Positions 31,403-41,733 of a stretch of DNA of 64,000 nucleotides are shown here, one piece after another (within the stretch, counting starts at the first letter, position 1; each line of letters begins with the position of its first letter). The DNA comes from Hydrurus foetidus (taxonomy: Eukaryota): the NCBI GenBank assembly GCA_900617105.1, contig UYFQ01000001.1:4464001-4528000 (forward strand), given 5' to 3'. Below the pieces are notes generated by a model. The model searched no databases and was not told where the DNA came from. It saw only the letters and a program-made list of their open reading frames with translations. The translations under genes and the position numbers were made by a program.

Positions 31403-31917
31403 ATCTGCAAGCCAATGATTTCGAGCTTTTCGGTTTAGGGCAAAAGTTCAGCCAAGACCGCGCCGCCATTGATGCCCGCTGGAAAGAACTTCAGCGAGAA
31501 GCGCACCCCGACAAATTTGCGGCCCAAGGCGCAGCTGCACAGCGCATAGCCATGCAGTGGTCGGTGCGTATCAACGAGGCTTATCAACGGCTTAAAGACC
31601 CGCTAAAACGCGGAGCCTACTTGTGCGAGCTGAACGGTGCAGCCGTCAATGCTGAAAACAATACCGCCATGCCGGCTGAATTTTTAATGCAGCAAATTGA
31701 ATGGCGGGAAGCCCTAGACGAGGCTAAAACAGCCGAAAATATACAAGAAATAGCATTGCAAGCAAACAAATACGGGCGCGAGCAGCTATTAAAAATAGAG
31801 CATTTAATTGACGCTGAAGGTAACTTTAAACAAGCTGTCGAACACGTCAGAAGCCTCATGTTTGTTGAGCGATTCGCCCTTGAAATTGAATCCCGGCTGG
31901 ATCTGCTGGGACAATAA
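31399..31917 (+). CDS. hscB: Fe-S co-chaperone
   Basis: HPDKF J-domain, [21 protein letters not shown]. Confidence 0.95.
   Translation: MNLQANDFELFGLGQKFSQDRAAIDARWKELQREAHPDKFAAQGAAAQRIAMQWSVRINEAYQRLKDPLKRGAYLCELNGAAVNAENNTAMPAEFLMQQIEWREALDEAKTAENIQEIALQANKYGREQLLKIEHLIDAEGNFKQAVEHVRSLMFVERFALEIESRLDLLGQ
31755..31801 (-). repeat. Dispersed ~48-bp motif, copy 7 (inside hscB CDS)
   Basis: revcomp gctctatttttaatagc-tgctcgcgccc-gtatttgtt-tgcttgc. Confidence 0.75.
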
Positions 31918-31949
31918 GAGCACTCAAAGTAAAAGCGTAATTCAGGTCA

Positions 31950-33812
31950 ATGGCACTTCTTCAAATCTCCGAACCCGGCCAAGCGCCCAACCCGCATGAA
32001 CGGCGCATCGCCATCGGCATCGATCTGGGTACCACCCATTCGCTGGTGGCCAGCGTTCGCAATGGCGTATCTGAATGCCTGCCAGATGACGAGGGCCGCG
32101 TTATTTTGCCCAGCGTGGTGCGTTATGTGGATGCCGACAAGCGCCAGATAGGTTATGCAGCCTTGGCCGCGCAAGTTGAAGACCCAGCCAACACGATTTC
32201 ATCTGTAAAACGCCTGATGGGCCGCGGCATTGACGACATCGGCAGCCGTGCGCAGCTGCCATACCAATTGATCGACAAGCCCGGCATGGTCACGCTGCAA
32301 ACCGTGGCGGGTGAAAAAAGTCCGGTTGAAATCAGTGCTGAAATTTTGGCAACGCTGCGCTTCAGGGCCGAAGACACTTTCGACGACGACATTTACGGCG
32401 CGGTGATTACCGTGCCTGCGTACTTTGACGACGCACAACGCCAAGCCACCAAAGACGCTGCACAACTGGCGGGCCTGAATGTACTGCGCTTGATTAATGA
32501 GCCAACTGCAGCCGCCATTGCGTACGGCCTGGACAACGCCAGCCAAGGCGTGTTCGCCATTTACGACCTGGGCGGCGGCACGTTTGATATTTCTATTTTG
32601 CGACTAACGCAGGGCGTGTTTGAGGTGGTGGCAACCGGCGGTGACTCAGCCCTGGGCGGCGACGACTATGACTGCGCGATGGTTGATTTGGCATTGGCAA
32701 AAGCCGGTTTGGCTGCAAGTGCGCTAACGCCTAAAGACACAGCGGCGCTGCTGCGAACCGCCCGCGCCGCAAAAGAAGCGCTTTCAAGTGCTGCTACGGC
32801 TCCGTTTGTCGTTCAGCTAGCCAAGGCACTGGTCAGCTTCGAAATCAAAGCCGCAGATTTTGAAACCGCTACGGCTCATCTGACTCAGCGCACGCTAACG
32901 GCGGCGCGCAAAGCGCTGCGTGATGCCAAGCTTGAAAAGTCTGACATCGATGGCGTGGTGCTTGTGGGCGGCTCAACCCGCATGCCGCAGGTGCGCAAAG
33001 CAGCAGCCAGCTTTTTTGGGCGCGAGCCCTTGACCAATTTGAATCCTGATGAGGTCGTGGCGCTGGGCGCTGCTATTTCTGCCAATCAATTGGCAGGCAA
33101 CAGCGCGGGCCAAGACCTGCTGCTGCTCGACGTCATTCCGTTGTCGCTGGGCATTGAAACGATGGGCGGCCTGGTCGAGCGCATCGTGCCGCGCAACCAG
33201 ACCATCCCCACCGCGATGGCGCAAGACTTCACTACCTACCAAGACGGCCAAACAGCGCTGGCGTTGCATGTGCTGCAAGGTGAGCGTGACTTGGTGGCCG
33301 ACTGCCGCAGCCTGGCTCGTTTTGAGCTGCGCGGCATACCGCCAATGGTCGCTGGTGCAGCGCGCATTCGCGTCACGTTTACCGTCGATGCAGACGGCTT
33401 GCTGAGTGTGGAAGCCAAAGAGCAAGTCAGCGGTGTAGAGGCGCGCATTGACGTCAAGCCTTCTTATGGGCTGTCTGACGACGAAATTGCGCGCATGCTC
33501 AAAGACAGTTTTTCAACCGCCCAGCAAGACGTGCAAGCACGCGCGCTGGCAGAAGCGCGCGTTGATGCAGACCGCATGTTGCTGGCCGTCAATACCGCGC
33601 TGGCCGCCGATGCTGATTTGCTAAGCCCCAACGAGCGCGCGCAAGTTGACAGCCTGATGGCGGGGCTGGCCGATACCCGTCAAAATGGTGATGCAGCGGT
33701 CATAGAAGCCGCGACGCAGGCCTTGGCCAAGGGCACTGAAGCATTTGCAGCCGAACGCATGAACCGGGGCATTCAAAAAGCTCTGGCTGGCAAAAACATT
33801 GAATCTATTTGA
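31950..33812 (+). CDS. hscA: Fe-S chaperone
   Basis: [33 protein letters not shown]. Confidence 0.97.
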   Translation: MALLQISEPGQAPNPHERRIAIGIDLGTTHSLVASVRNGVSECLPDDEGRVILPSVVRYVDADKRQIGYAALAAQVEDPANTISSVKRLMGRGIDDIGSRAQLPYQLIDKPGMVTLQTVAGEKSPVEISAEILATLRFRAEDTFDDDIYGAVITVPAYFDDAQRQATKDAAQLAGLNVLRLINEPTAAAIAYGLDNASQGVFAIYDLGGGTFDISILRLTQGVFEVVATGGDSALGGDDYDCAMVDLALAKAGLAASALTPKDTAALLRTARAAKEALSSAATAPFVVQLAKALVSFEIKAADFETATAHLTQRTLTAARKALRDAKLEKSDIDGVVLVGGSTRMPQVRKAAASFFGREPLTNLNPDEVVALGAAISANQLAGNSAGQDLLLLDVIPLSLGIETMGGLVERIVPRNQTIPTAMAQDFTTYQDGQTALALHVLQGERDLVADCRSLARFELRGIPPMVAGAARIRVTFTVDADGLLSVEAKEQVSGVEARIDVKPSYGLSDDEIARMLKDSFSTAQQDVQARALAEARVDADRMLLAVNTALAADADLLSPNERAQVDSLMAGLADTRQNGDAAVIEAATQALAKGTEAFAAERMNRGIQKALAGKNIESI

Positions 33813-33847
33813 ATAACATTGAATCAATTTGAACAAGTTAGCACGTC

Positions 33848-34186
33848 ATGCCCATTATCAAAATTCTCCCCCACGCCGAGTACTGCCCGCAAGGTACTGA
33901 AATCACAGCACCCGCTGGCACGTCTATTTGCGAGGCGCTGCTAGACAACAAAATCAACATCGAGCATGCCTGCGACATGAGTGCCGCCTGCACGACCTGT
34001 CACGTTATCGTGCGTGAAGGTTTGGCATCGCTTAACCCGGCTGAGGAAGAAGAAGACGACCTGCTCGACCGCGCGTGGGGCCTGGAGCCCAATTCGCGCC
34101 TGAGCTGCCAAGCGATATTGGCGCAAACCAACGTCACAGTTGAAATACCCAAGTACACCATCAACCACGCCAAAGAGTTGCACTAA
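33848..34186 (+). CDS. fdx: ISC 2Fe-2S ferredoxin
   Basis: HACDMSAACTTCH, SRLSCQ. Confidence 0.96.
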   Translation: MPIIKILPHAEYCPQGTEITAPAGTSICEALLDNKINIEHACDMSAACTTCHVIVREGLASLNPAEEEEDDLLDRAWGLEPNSRLSCQAILAQTNVTVEIPKYTINHAKELH

Positions 34187-34196
34187 AAGCCACGTC

Positions 34197-34901
34197 ATGC
34201 GCCAGATATTCCTAGACACCGAAACCACAGGCTTGTCGGCTGAAACTGGCGACCGCATCATTGAGATTGGTTGCGTTGAACTGGTCGCGCGCAAACTTAC
34301 GGGCAACAACAAACACTTCTACCTGAATCCGGGCCGCGCCAGTCATGAAGAAGCGCTAAAAGTCCACGGCATCAGCGACGAGTTTTTAAAAGACAAGCCC
34401 AAGTTTGGGGTAATAGCGGGTGAGCTGCTTGACTACCTGCGCGGCGCTGAAGTCATCATTCACAACGCGCCGTTTGATGTCAGCTTTTTAAACAAAGAGC
34501 TCGAGCTGTCTGGTCAGGCAGCAATTTCGAATTGCGTCGCGAAAATCACCGACAGTTTGATGATGGCCAAAGAGGCGTTTCCGGGCAAGCGCAACTCGCT
34601 AGACGCGCTCTGCGCCCGGCTTGACGTTGACAATTCTGGCCGCACACTGCACGGCGCGTTGCTTGATGCCGAGCTGCTGGCGGATGTGTACATCAACCTG
34701 ACGCGCGGGCAAAACAGCCTGATGATGGACGCAGGCAATGCCGCCGAAAGTGGCGGCGCCGTGTTGAGCGTTGACCTGAGCCTGATCGCTTTGCCGCTAC
34801 TCGCCGCGAACGACGATGAACTGGCAGAACATGAAAGCTTGCTAGCCGACATCGACAAAGCCAGCAAAGGCAAAACGGTGTGGCGTGCAGCGGTGGTTTG
34901 A
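34197..34901 (+). CDS. dnaQ: DNA polymerase III epsilon subunit
   Basis: MRQIFLDTETTG, HNAPFD, HGALLDA. Confidence 0.96.
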   Translation: MRQIFLDTETTGLSAETGDRIIEIGCVELVARKLTGNNKHFYLNPGRASHEEALKVHGISDEFLKDKPKFGVIAGELLDYLRGAEVIIHNAPFDVSFLNKELELSGQAAISNCVAKITDSLMMAKEAFPGKRNSLDALCARLDVDNSGRTLHGALLDAELLADVYINLTRGQNSLMMDAGNAAESGGAVLSVDLSLIALPLLAANDDELAEHESLLADIDKASKGKTVWRAAVV

Positions 34902-34953
34902 GGGGGTGCCAAAGTGTTCCGGCATATAATCCGAGGCTTGCTTAACGGCAATG

Positions 34954-35028
34954 GGGAGATTAGCTCAGGGGTAGAGCACTGCATTCACACTGCAGGGGTC
35001 GCAAGTTCGAAACTTGCATCTCCCACCA
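34954..35028 (+). tRNA. tRNA-Val (anticodon CAC)
   Basis: Acceptor GGGAGAT/ATCTCCC-A-CCA, anticodon arm CTGCA-TTCACAC-TGCAG, T-loop GTTCGAA; TATAAT at 34925. Confidence 0.95.
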
Positions 35029-35035
35029 GACAAAT

Positions 35036-35069
35036 AAAAAAAGCCAAGTCTTACCGACTTGGCTTTTTT
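35036..35069. terminator. Bidirectional intrinsic terminator
   Basis: AAAAAAA-GCCAAGTC-ttacc-GACTTGGC-TTTTTT between the convergent tRNA and PhoH gene. Confidence 0.88.
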
Positions 35070-35087
35070 CGTTGCAGACGTCGATTT

Positions 35088-36767
35088 CTATAAAACTTCG
35101 CTGGCGAAATCAGCTAATCGCGAGCGCTCGCCCCGCGCCAAAGTGATGTGTCCGCCATGCGGCCAGCCTTTGAATCGGTCTACGGCGTACGTCATGCCTG
35201 ATGAGCCTTCAGTCAGGTACGGCGTGTCAATTTGCGCGAGGTTGCCCATGCAAATGATTTTGGTGCCGGGGCCGGCGCGGGTGATTAGCGTTTTCATTTG
35301 CTTGGGCGTCAGGTTTTGCGCTTCGTCAATGATGACGTATTTGTTTAAAAACGTTCGGCCGCGCATGAAGTTCATGCTTTTGACTTTGATGCGTGAGCGG
35401 ATCAGCTCGTTGGTGGCCGCGCGGCCCCATTCGCCTGAGCCGTTCTCGGTTTTACCCAGTACTTCCAGGTTATCGTCGAGTGCGCCCATCCACGGACCCA
35501 TTTTTTCTTCTTCGGTGCCGGGTAAAAAACCGATGTCTTCACCTACCGACACTGTGGCGCGGGTCATGATGATTTCGGTGTAACGGCGGTCGTCTAGCAC
35601 CTGGGTCAGGCCGCTGGCCAGCGCCATCAGCGTTTTGCCGCTGCCTGCCGTGCCGGCCAGCGTGACAAAGTCCACTTCCGGGTCCATCAGCAAGTTCATC
35701 GCGAAGTTTTGTTCGCGGTTGCGGGTGGTGATGCCCCATACTGCGTTTTTCAGGTGGTTGAAGTCTTTAAGCGTCTTCAGCACAGCGGTTTTGGCGCGAA
35801 TTTCAGTGACGCGTGCATATAGTGGTGGCTCGCCGGGCGCTTCAAAGAACACAAATTGGTTGATCATCAGGCTGGTAACGATCGGCCCGGTGATGCGGTA
35901 AAAGTTGTAGCTGCCTTGCTGCCAGCTTTCAATGGTTTTGCTCTGGCGGGTCCAAAAATCGTTGGGCAGTGCCAGCACACCTGAGTACAGCAGGTCACCG
36001 TCTTCCAGGGTTTTGTCGTTTTGGTAGTCGTCTGTGGCCAGGCCGAGTGCGCGCGCCTTGACGCGCATGTTGATGTCTTTGGACACAAGCACCACCTCAC
36101 GCGGAGCATATTCTTTGCGCAGCGCTTCAACCACGCCCAAAATCTGGTTGTCTGCTTTGCCCTGCGGCAAACTCGTGGGCAGCGTGTAGTCCAGCGGTTT
36201 GGTTTGGAACAGCAGGCTGCCCTTGGCCTCGCGGTGGCCTGTGGTGTCGAGCTTCAAGCCTTTAGTGATGTCGGCGTCTTTTGCACCAGCCAGCGCGTCG
36301 AGTGACCGGCTGGTTTGGCGGGCATTGCGCGCAACTTCGGTCATGCCTTTTTTATGGCCGTCGAGCTCTTCCAGCACGATCATGGGCAAAAAGATGTCGT
36401 GCTCTTCAAACCTGAACAAACACATTGGGTCGTGCATCAGCACATTGGTGTCCAAAACAAACAGCTTGGTGGGGCCCGTATGCTTTGGTTTCTTCGGTTT
36501 GGATGGCGCAGGCGTTGCTTCAATGCTATTAGTGTGATAGCTGGTCGCGCCCGTAGTTATTGGGCTAGCAGTAGTTTTTGCTTTGTTTTTAGGGGGTGTG
36601 GCGGCATTTCCAGACAGGCGCTCATCAAACAAATCTAGCTTGGCCGTGTTTGATTCAAGCTGCGCGCTGCTGGTGCGGCTGGGTTTGGCACTGGGGCGGG
36701 CGGGCGCGTCAAGCGCGTCGGGGGTGAGAAGGGCGGCGCGTTTTGTCGGGGCAGGGGGCAAAGGCAT
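35088..36767 (-). CDS. PhoH family protein (PIN + ATPase, PhoH2-like)
   Basis: FVLDTNVL PIN, GTAGSGKT, GFLPG, RGRT, DEAQN. Confidence 0.93.
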   Translation of the reverse strand: MPLPPAPTKRAALLTPDALDAPARPSAKPSRTSSAQLESNTAKLDLFDERLSGNAATPPKNKAKTTASPITTGATSYHTNSIEATPAPSKPKKPKHTGPTKLFVLDTNVLMHDPMCLFRFEEHDIFLPMIVLEELDGHKKGMTEVARNARQTSRSLDALAGAKDADITKGLKLDTTGHREAKGSLLFQTKPLDYTLPTSLPQGKADNQILGVVEALRKEYAPREVVLVSKDINMRVKARALGLATDDYQNDKTLEDGDLLYSGVLALPNDFWTRQSKTIESWQQGSYNFYRITGPIVTSLMINQFVFFEAPGEPPLYARVTEIRAKTAVLKTLKDFNHLKNAVWGITTRNREQNFAMNLLMDPEVDFVTLAGTAGSGKTLMALASGLTQVLDDRRYTEIIMTRATVSVGEDIGFLPGTEEEKMGPWMGALDDNLEVLGKTENGSGEWGRAATNELIRSRIKVKSMNFMRGRTFLNKYVIIDEAQNLTPKQMKTLITRAGPGTKIICMGNLAQIDTPYLTEGSSGMTYAVDRFKGWPHGGHITLARGERSRLADFASEVL

Positions 36768-36805
36768 AGTGCGTAAAGCTCCTTCAATTTAGGGTTTCAA
36801 AAACG

Positions 36806-36836
36806 AAAAAGCCGCCTGCTAGCCGAGGCGGCTTTT
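36806..36836 (-). terminator. Intrinsic terminator after bcp
   Basis: AAAAA-GCCGCCT-loop-AGGCGGC-TTTT. Confidence 0.75.
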
Positions 36837-36922
36837 AATGGGGGGGCTGGCAAAACGGGCAAATAAATTCAACAAGATAAATTCATTATGCACAAACCCT
36901 GTGTCGGCCAGGGTTGCCCCGG

Positions 36923-37399
36923 TTATGCGGCCTTTTTCAGCGCCTTCACAGCCTTTAACACCTCGTCTACGTGGCCGGGCACCTTCAAACCGCGCCATTC
37001 GGCGGCCAGCGTGCCGTCAGCGGCGATCAAGAAGGTGCTGCGCTCGATGCCTTTGACTTTTTTACCGTACATGATTTTGTTTTTAACCACACCGAACATA
37101 TGGCACATTTTTTCTTCGGTGTCGGCAATCAGCTCGAATGGCAGCTCAAGCTTGGTTTTAAATTCGTCGTGCGACTTCATGTTGTCGCGCGAAACGCCAA
37201 ACACGGTGGCGCCAGCTTTCACGAAGTCTTTGTATCGGTCGCGGAATTGCATGGCTTCAGTGGTGCAGCCGGGGGTGTTGTCTTTAGGGTAGAAGTACAA
37301 GACAACTACTTTGCCTATGTGGGATTGGTTCGAGACCTTGATGCCGCCGGTGGCGTTCGCTTCAAATTCGGGGAGGAGTTTATTGACGACGACTGCCAT
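36923..37399 (-). CDS. bcp: Peroxiredoxin (BCP/PrxQ)
   Basis: YFYPKDNTPGCT, GVSRD, RSTFLI. Confidence 0.92.
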   Translation of the reverse strand: MAVVVNKLLPEFEANATGGIKVSNQSHIGKVVVLYFYPKDNTPGCTTEAMQFRDRYKDFVKAGATVFGVSRDNMKSHDEFKTKLELPFELIADTEEKMCHMFGVVKNKIMYGKKVKGIERSTFLIAADGTLAAEWRGLKVPGHVDEVLKAVKALKKAA

Positions 37400-37512
37400 G
37401 CTGATTGGACCCTGACGAATAAGTTGGTTGTCTGCTGCCTTGCTGGGCTAACCCATGCCAATTTGTGCAACCCTGTATTTTACCCTCAAAGCCCACAGCG
37501 ACTTAAGCGGGG

Positions 37513-37905
37513 CTAGCCCGTGCTGGCGTCAATCAGCAGGGCGGCGATTACCCGCCGACCCTCACCCGCCAGCACGTTGTAAGTGCGGCAGGCCGCCAGC
37601 GTGTCCATGGTTTCAATGCCGATTCGTTGTTGCATCAGCCCGCGCAACAGGGCGGGCGGCACAAACCTGATGCGGCTGCCGCTGCCGAAAATGATCAGTT
37701 CAGGCTGAGTGGCTGCCAGTTGCGTGAAGTGCGCTTCAGTCAGGTCTTCGAAACGGGGGCAGTTCCAGTCAAATTTTTCCCCGCCCGAGCCAATCACCAT
37801 GCTGTGCTCTATTTTTTCAGCAACACCGTTGTGCCCAAGCCCAACCCAGCCAGGGCCATAGCCGAGTATGGACTGCACGTTGGTTTTGTCGGGTTGAAGT
37901 TTCAT
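37513..37905 (-). CDS. Mth938-like domain protein
   Basis: ELIIFGSG, IGIETMDTLAACRTYNVLAGEGR. Confidence 0.92.
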   Translation of the reverse strand: MKLQPDKTNVQSILGYGPGWVGLGHNGVAEKIEHSMVIGSGGEKFDWNCPRFEDLTEAHFTQLAATQPELIIFGSGSRIRFVPPALLRGLMQQRIGIETMDTLAACRTYNVLAGEGRRVIAALLIDASTG

Positions 37906-38007
37906 GGCGTTTGGCGAGGCAACTGCTGTTAGTCAAAAGCATTTACGGGGCGTTTGTGTGGTCAAATTATAGGTTCCGCTCAGGGAAATTGTTTGAAGGA
38001 ATTCGCC

Positions 38008-39288
38008 ATGAAACCCATTACCAAATCTGCCAAGCTGGCCAACGTGCTGTACGACATTCGCGGCCCGATCATGGACGCGGCGCGCCAGATGGAAGACGAA
38101 GGCCAAAAAATCATCAAGCTCAACCTAGGCAATTTGGCGGTGTTTGGCTTTGATGCGCCTGAAGAAATTCAACAAGACATGATTCGCAACCTGCCCAATT
38201 CGGCGGGTTATTCAGACAGCAAAGGCATTTTTGCCGCGCGCAAAGCGGTGATGCACGAGACGCAAAAGCAGGGCATCAGCGGTGTCACGCTTGACGATAT
38301 TTACCTGGGCAATGGCGCAAGTGAGCTGATCACCATGGCTACCAACGCGCTGCTAGACAACGGGGACGAGTTGCTGCTGCCCATGCCTGACTACCCGCTG
38401 TGGACGGCGGCCACCTCACTGTCTGGCGGCACGCCAGTGCACTACCAGTGCGACGAGGCCAGCGGCTGGATGCCCAACCTGGCGGACGTTCGCGCCAAAA
38501 TCACGCCGCGCACCAAAGCGATTGTGGTGATCAATCCCAACAACCCGACGGGCGTTTTGTACTCTGATGACTTGCTCAAAGGCATCGTTGCGTTGGCGCG
38601 CGAACACGGCCTGGTGATTTTGGCTGACGAGGTGTACGACAAGGTGCTTTACGAAGGCGTTAAGCACACAGCTATTGCTGCTCTTTCAACTGACGTGTTA
38701 ACACTGACCTTCAACTCACTGAGCAAAAGCTACCGCAGCTGCGGCTACCGCGCGGGCTGGTTGGTGGTGTCTGGCGACAAGCGTGCGGCCAGCGACTATA
38801 TCGAAGGCCTGAACATGCTCAGTAACATGAAGCTGTGCTCCAACGTGCCCGGCCAATGGGCGATTCAAACTGCACTTGGCGGCTACCAGAGCATCAATGA
38901 CTTGACCTGTGAAGGCGGCCGCCTGCGCCGCCAGCGTGACCTGGCGTATGAGCTGATTACGGCTATCCCGGGCGTGACTTGCGTCAAGCCTGTGGCTGCT
39001 TTGTACATGTTTCCAAAACTCGACCCGGTGATGTACCCGATCAATGACGACCGCCAGTTTTTTCTTGAACTCTTGAGAGAGACCCGCGTGATGCTGGTGC
39101 AAGGCACAGGATTTAACTGGCCTGACCCGGACCATTTCCGTATTGTGTTTTTGCCGCATGAAGACGACTTGCGCGAAGCGATTGGCCGCATCGCCAAGTT
39201 TTTGGAAAGCTACCGCAACCGCGCAGGCAAACCGGCCGCTAAAGCGGACAATAGCCCTGCTATTAAGTTAGTAGCTGCTCGCGCCTAG
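38008..39288 (+). CDS. alaA: PLP-dependent aminotransferase (AlaA-like)
   Basis: KLANVLYDIRGP, INPNNPTG, DEVYDK, SLSKSYR..GYRAGW. Confidence 0.9.
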   Translation: MKPITKSAKLANVLYDIRGPIMDAARQMEDEGQKIIKLNLGNLAVFGFDAPEEIQQDMIRNLPNSAGYSDSKGIFAARKAVMHETQKQGISGVTLDDIYLGNGASELITMATNALLDNGDELLLPMPDYPLWTAATSLSGGTPVHYQCDEASGWMPNLADVRAKITPRTKAIVVINPNNPTGVLYSDDLLKGIVALAREHGLVILADEVYDKVLYEGVKHTAIAALSTDVLTLTFNSLSKSYRSCGYRAGWLVVSGDKRAASDYIEGLNMLSNMKLCSNVPGQWAIQTALGGYQSINDLTCEGGRLRRQRDLAYELITAIPGVTCVKPVAALYMFPKLDPVMYPINDDRQFFLELLRETRVMLVQGTGFNWPDPDHFRIVFLPHEDDLREAIGRIAKFLESYRNRAGKPAAKADNSPAIKLVAARA

Positions 39289-39305
39289 GTTTATTGGGCT
39301 AGTAC
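39259..39305 (+). repeat. Dispersed ~48-bp motif, copy 8 (provides the alaA C-terminus and stop)
   Basis: gctattaagttagtagc-tgctcgcgcct-aggtttatt-gggctagta. Confidence 0.8.
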
Positions 39306-39328
39306 CCGTTTTGATAATTGAAAAGCAT

Positions 39329-40651
39329 ATGAAATCGATTCAAGTAGGTCTTTTAGGCATTGGCACTGTAGGTAGCGGCGTGTTCAACGTGCTGCAGCGT
39401 AACCAGAGTGAGATTGTTCGCCGCGCTGGGCGGGGCATTGAAATTGCCATGGTGGCAGACCTGGACACCGCTCGCGCTCAAGCCGCTGTGGGGCCAGGCG
39501 TCAAAGTGGTCGACGACGCACGCGCCGTGATTGCCAACCCCGACATTGACGTCGTCATCGAGCTCATCGGTGGCTACGGCATCGCCAAGCAATTGATGCT
39601 CGAGGCAATTGAAGCGGGTAAGCATGTGGTTACCGCCAACAAAGCGCTGCTGGCCGTACACGGCACAGAAATTTTTGCAGCCGCCAGCCGCAAAGGCGTG
39701 ATGGTGATGTTTGAAGCAGCGGTAGCTGGCGGCATACCCATCATCAAGTCACTGCGTGAAGGCTTGAGCGCCAACCGCATTCAATGGATTGCCGGCATCA
39801 TCAATGGCACGACCAATTTCATCTTGAGCGAGATGCGCGACAAAGGCTTGGACTTTGACGTGGTGTTAAGCCAAGCGCAGGCGCTGGGCTACGCTGAAGC
39901 CGACCCGACGTTTGACATTGAAGGCGTTGACGCCGCGCACAAGGCCGCTCTCATGTCTGCGATGGCCTTCGGCGTGCCGGTGCAGTTTGACAAAGCTTAT
40001 GTCGAAGGCATCACTAAGCTGGGCGCCACCGACATCAAGTACGCCGAGCATCTCGGCTATCGCATCAAGCTCTTAGGCATCACGAAGAAAACAGACAAAG
40101 GCATTGAGCTGCGCGTGCACCCCACACTGGTGCCCAACAAGCGCCTGATTGCTAACGTAGAAGGCGCCATGAACGCGGTGATGGTGCATGGCGATGCAGT
40201 TGGCACCACGCTGTACTACGGCAAGGGTGCTGGCAGCGAGCCAACTGCCAGTGCCGTGATTGCCGATTTAATAGACATTGCCCGCCTGCACAGCGCCGAC
40301 GCTTTTCATCGCGTGCCGCACCTGGCCTTTCAGCCAGACGCGATGAGCAACACGCCGGTCCTTGGCATGGGCGAAGTCGTGACCAGCTATTACCTGCGCC
40401 TGAACGTGGCCGACGAGGCTGGTGTGCTGGCCAATGTCACCAGCATTTTGGCCAAGGCAGGCATCAGCATTGATGCAGTGCTGCAGCGCGAGGCCGATGA
40501 AGTGGGCGGCGAAGGTGCCACGCAAACCGACCTCATCATCCTCACCCACGACTGTGTTGAGGCCAAGATGAATGACGCGCTTAGCCAGATGCAGGCTTTG
40601 AAAACTGTGCTCGCGCCGATTGTGCGGATTCGCAAGGAAGAGCTGGCTTGA
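39329..40651 (+). CDS. hom: Homoserine dehydrogenase
   Basis: GLLGIGTVG, VVTANK, EAAVAGGIP, NGTTNF, C-terminal ACT. Confidence 0.96.
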   Translation: MKSIQVGLLGIGTVGSGVFNVLQRNQSEIVRRAGRGIEIAMVADLDTARAQAAVGPGVKVVDDARAVIANPDIDVVIELIGGYGIAKQLMLEAIEAGKHVVTANKALLAVHGTEIFAAASRKGVMVMFEAAVAGGIPIIKSLREGLSANRIQWIAGIINGTTNFILSEMRDKGLDFDVVLSQAQALGYAEADPTFDIEGVDAAHKAALMSAMAFGVPVQFDKAYVEGITKLGATDIKYAEHLGYRIKLLGITKKTDKGIELRVHPTLVPNKRLIANVEGAMNAVMVHGDAVGTTLYYGKGAGSEPTASAVIADLIDIARLHSADAFHRVPHLAFQPDAMSNTPVLGMGEVVTSYYLRLNVADEAGVLANVTSILAKAGISIDAVLQREADEVGGEGATQTDLIILTHDCVEAKMNDALSQMQALKTVLAPIVRIRKEELA

Positions 40652-40687
40652 CACGCTGACCAGCCAACAGGATGAGCGAAAACAAGC

Positions 40688-40999
40688 ATGCCCACCATAG
40701 TTGCCGCCATGACGCTGGCAGCGCTGCTCAGGCTCAGCTTTGTCGGTACGCGCGCTTGGGAGCTGGCTTTTTTGTACGTGGTGATGGTCGGGTTGGTTCT
40801 GCTGCCGCAGCTTAGCCGGCCGCACTGGTTTGCCAATGTGGCGGGCATGTTTTTAATGGCTTGGGCATGGTTTGCAGCGCTCGACTACACCGACAACATC
40901 CAACGCAAGCCGCTGCACTGGCTGATTTTATTTTTCGGATTTTTGGCCATGATAGGTTCGCGCGCCTACCTCGATTTGATCGTTTACCAAACTTTTTGA
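40688..40999 (+). CDS. Hypothetical small membrane protein
   Basis: Several hydrophobic segments in 103 aa. Confidence 0.55.
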   Translation: MPTIVAAMTLAALLRLSFVGTRAWELAFLYVVMVGLVLLPQLSRPHWFANVAGMFLMAWAWFAALDYTDNIQRKPLHWLILFFGFLAMIGSRAYLDLIVYQTF

Positions 41000-41098
41000 T
41001 GGTGCGGCCACAGCAATGCGCGCTGCACGATGGGGTTCATTGCAATACAATAAGTAATACCCGTTTGAAGTAATACTTATTTGCACACAGGAGTTTGT

Positions 41099-41341
41099 AT
41101 GAGCTATGCACTTACTGTTAAAAGCCAAGTCACTGTGCCCAAAGCTATTCGTCAGCATATGCACCTTGTGCCTGGTCAGTCAATAGATTACGAGCCGTTG
41201 CCGGACGGTAGCGTTCGTATGACTGCGGCCAGCAAACCAGCTGAAGACAATCCTTTCTTGGCCATGGTCGGGATCGGCATTCGCAGGCAGCCGACTGCTG
41301 AAATCATGCGCGAAACACGTGGCGAAGACTCGATGCGATGA
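41099..41341 (+). CDS. AbrB/MazE/SpoVT-type antitoxin (VapB-like)
   Basis: LTVKSQVTVPKAIR; AGGAG RBS; repeated AAGTAATAC operator-like boxes at 41052 and 41068. Confidence 0.85.
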   Translation: MSYALTVKSQVTVPKAIRQHMHLVPGQSIDYEPLPDGSVRMTAASKPAEDNPFLAMVGIGIRRQPTAEIMRETRGEDSMR

Positions 41342-41733
41342 TTTTTGTCGACAGTTGCGTTTTAATCGACATCTTCAACGACGATGCCCAATGGAAGTCT
41401 TGGTCAATCGCGCAGGTCAGCCAGGCGCTACCACGCGGCTTGTGCATCAATGCAATTGTTTATGCTGAAGTTTCAGGTTCTTTTGCCACACAGCAAGACG
41501 TGAGTGCAGCGGTTAAGCGCGGTCGCCTTCAAGTCAAAGAAATACCGATGGAAGCTGCCTACTTGGCTGCCGACGCCTTCAAGCGCTACAGACAAAACAA
41601 AGGGCAGTTTAAAACCGCCTTGCCTGACTTTTTCATTGGTGCGCACGCGCAAGTTTTGTCTTGCCCCCTATTGACCAGAGACCCACAGCGCTTTGCAACC
41701 TATTTTCCTGATGTCGAATTGATCACCCCCTAA
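41338..41733 (+). CDS. vapC: PIN-domain VapC toxin
   Basis: VDSCVLID, INAIVYAE, LPDFFIGAHA, LLTRD..RF.TYFP. Confidence 0.9.
   Translation: MIFVDSCVLIDIFNDDAQWKSWSIAQVSQALPRGLCINAIVYAEVSGSFATQQDVSAAVKRGRLQVKEIPMEAAYLAADAFKRYRQNKGQFKTALPDFFIGAHAQVLSCPLLTRDPQRFATYFPDVELITP

Noticed and set aside
34954..35070. tRNA-Val as an island integration site
   Set aside because: No duplicated tRNA 3' end or integrase seen; it is flanked by core genes.
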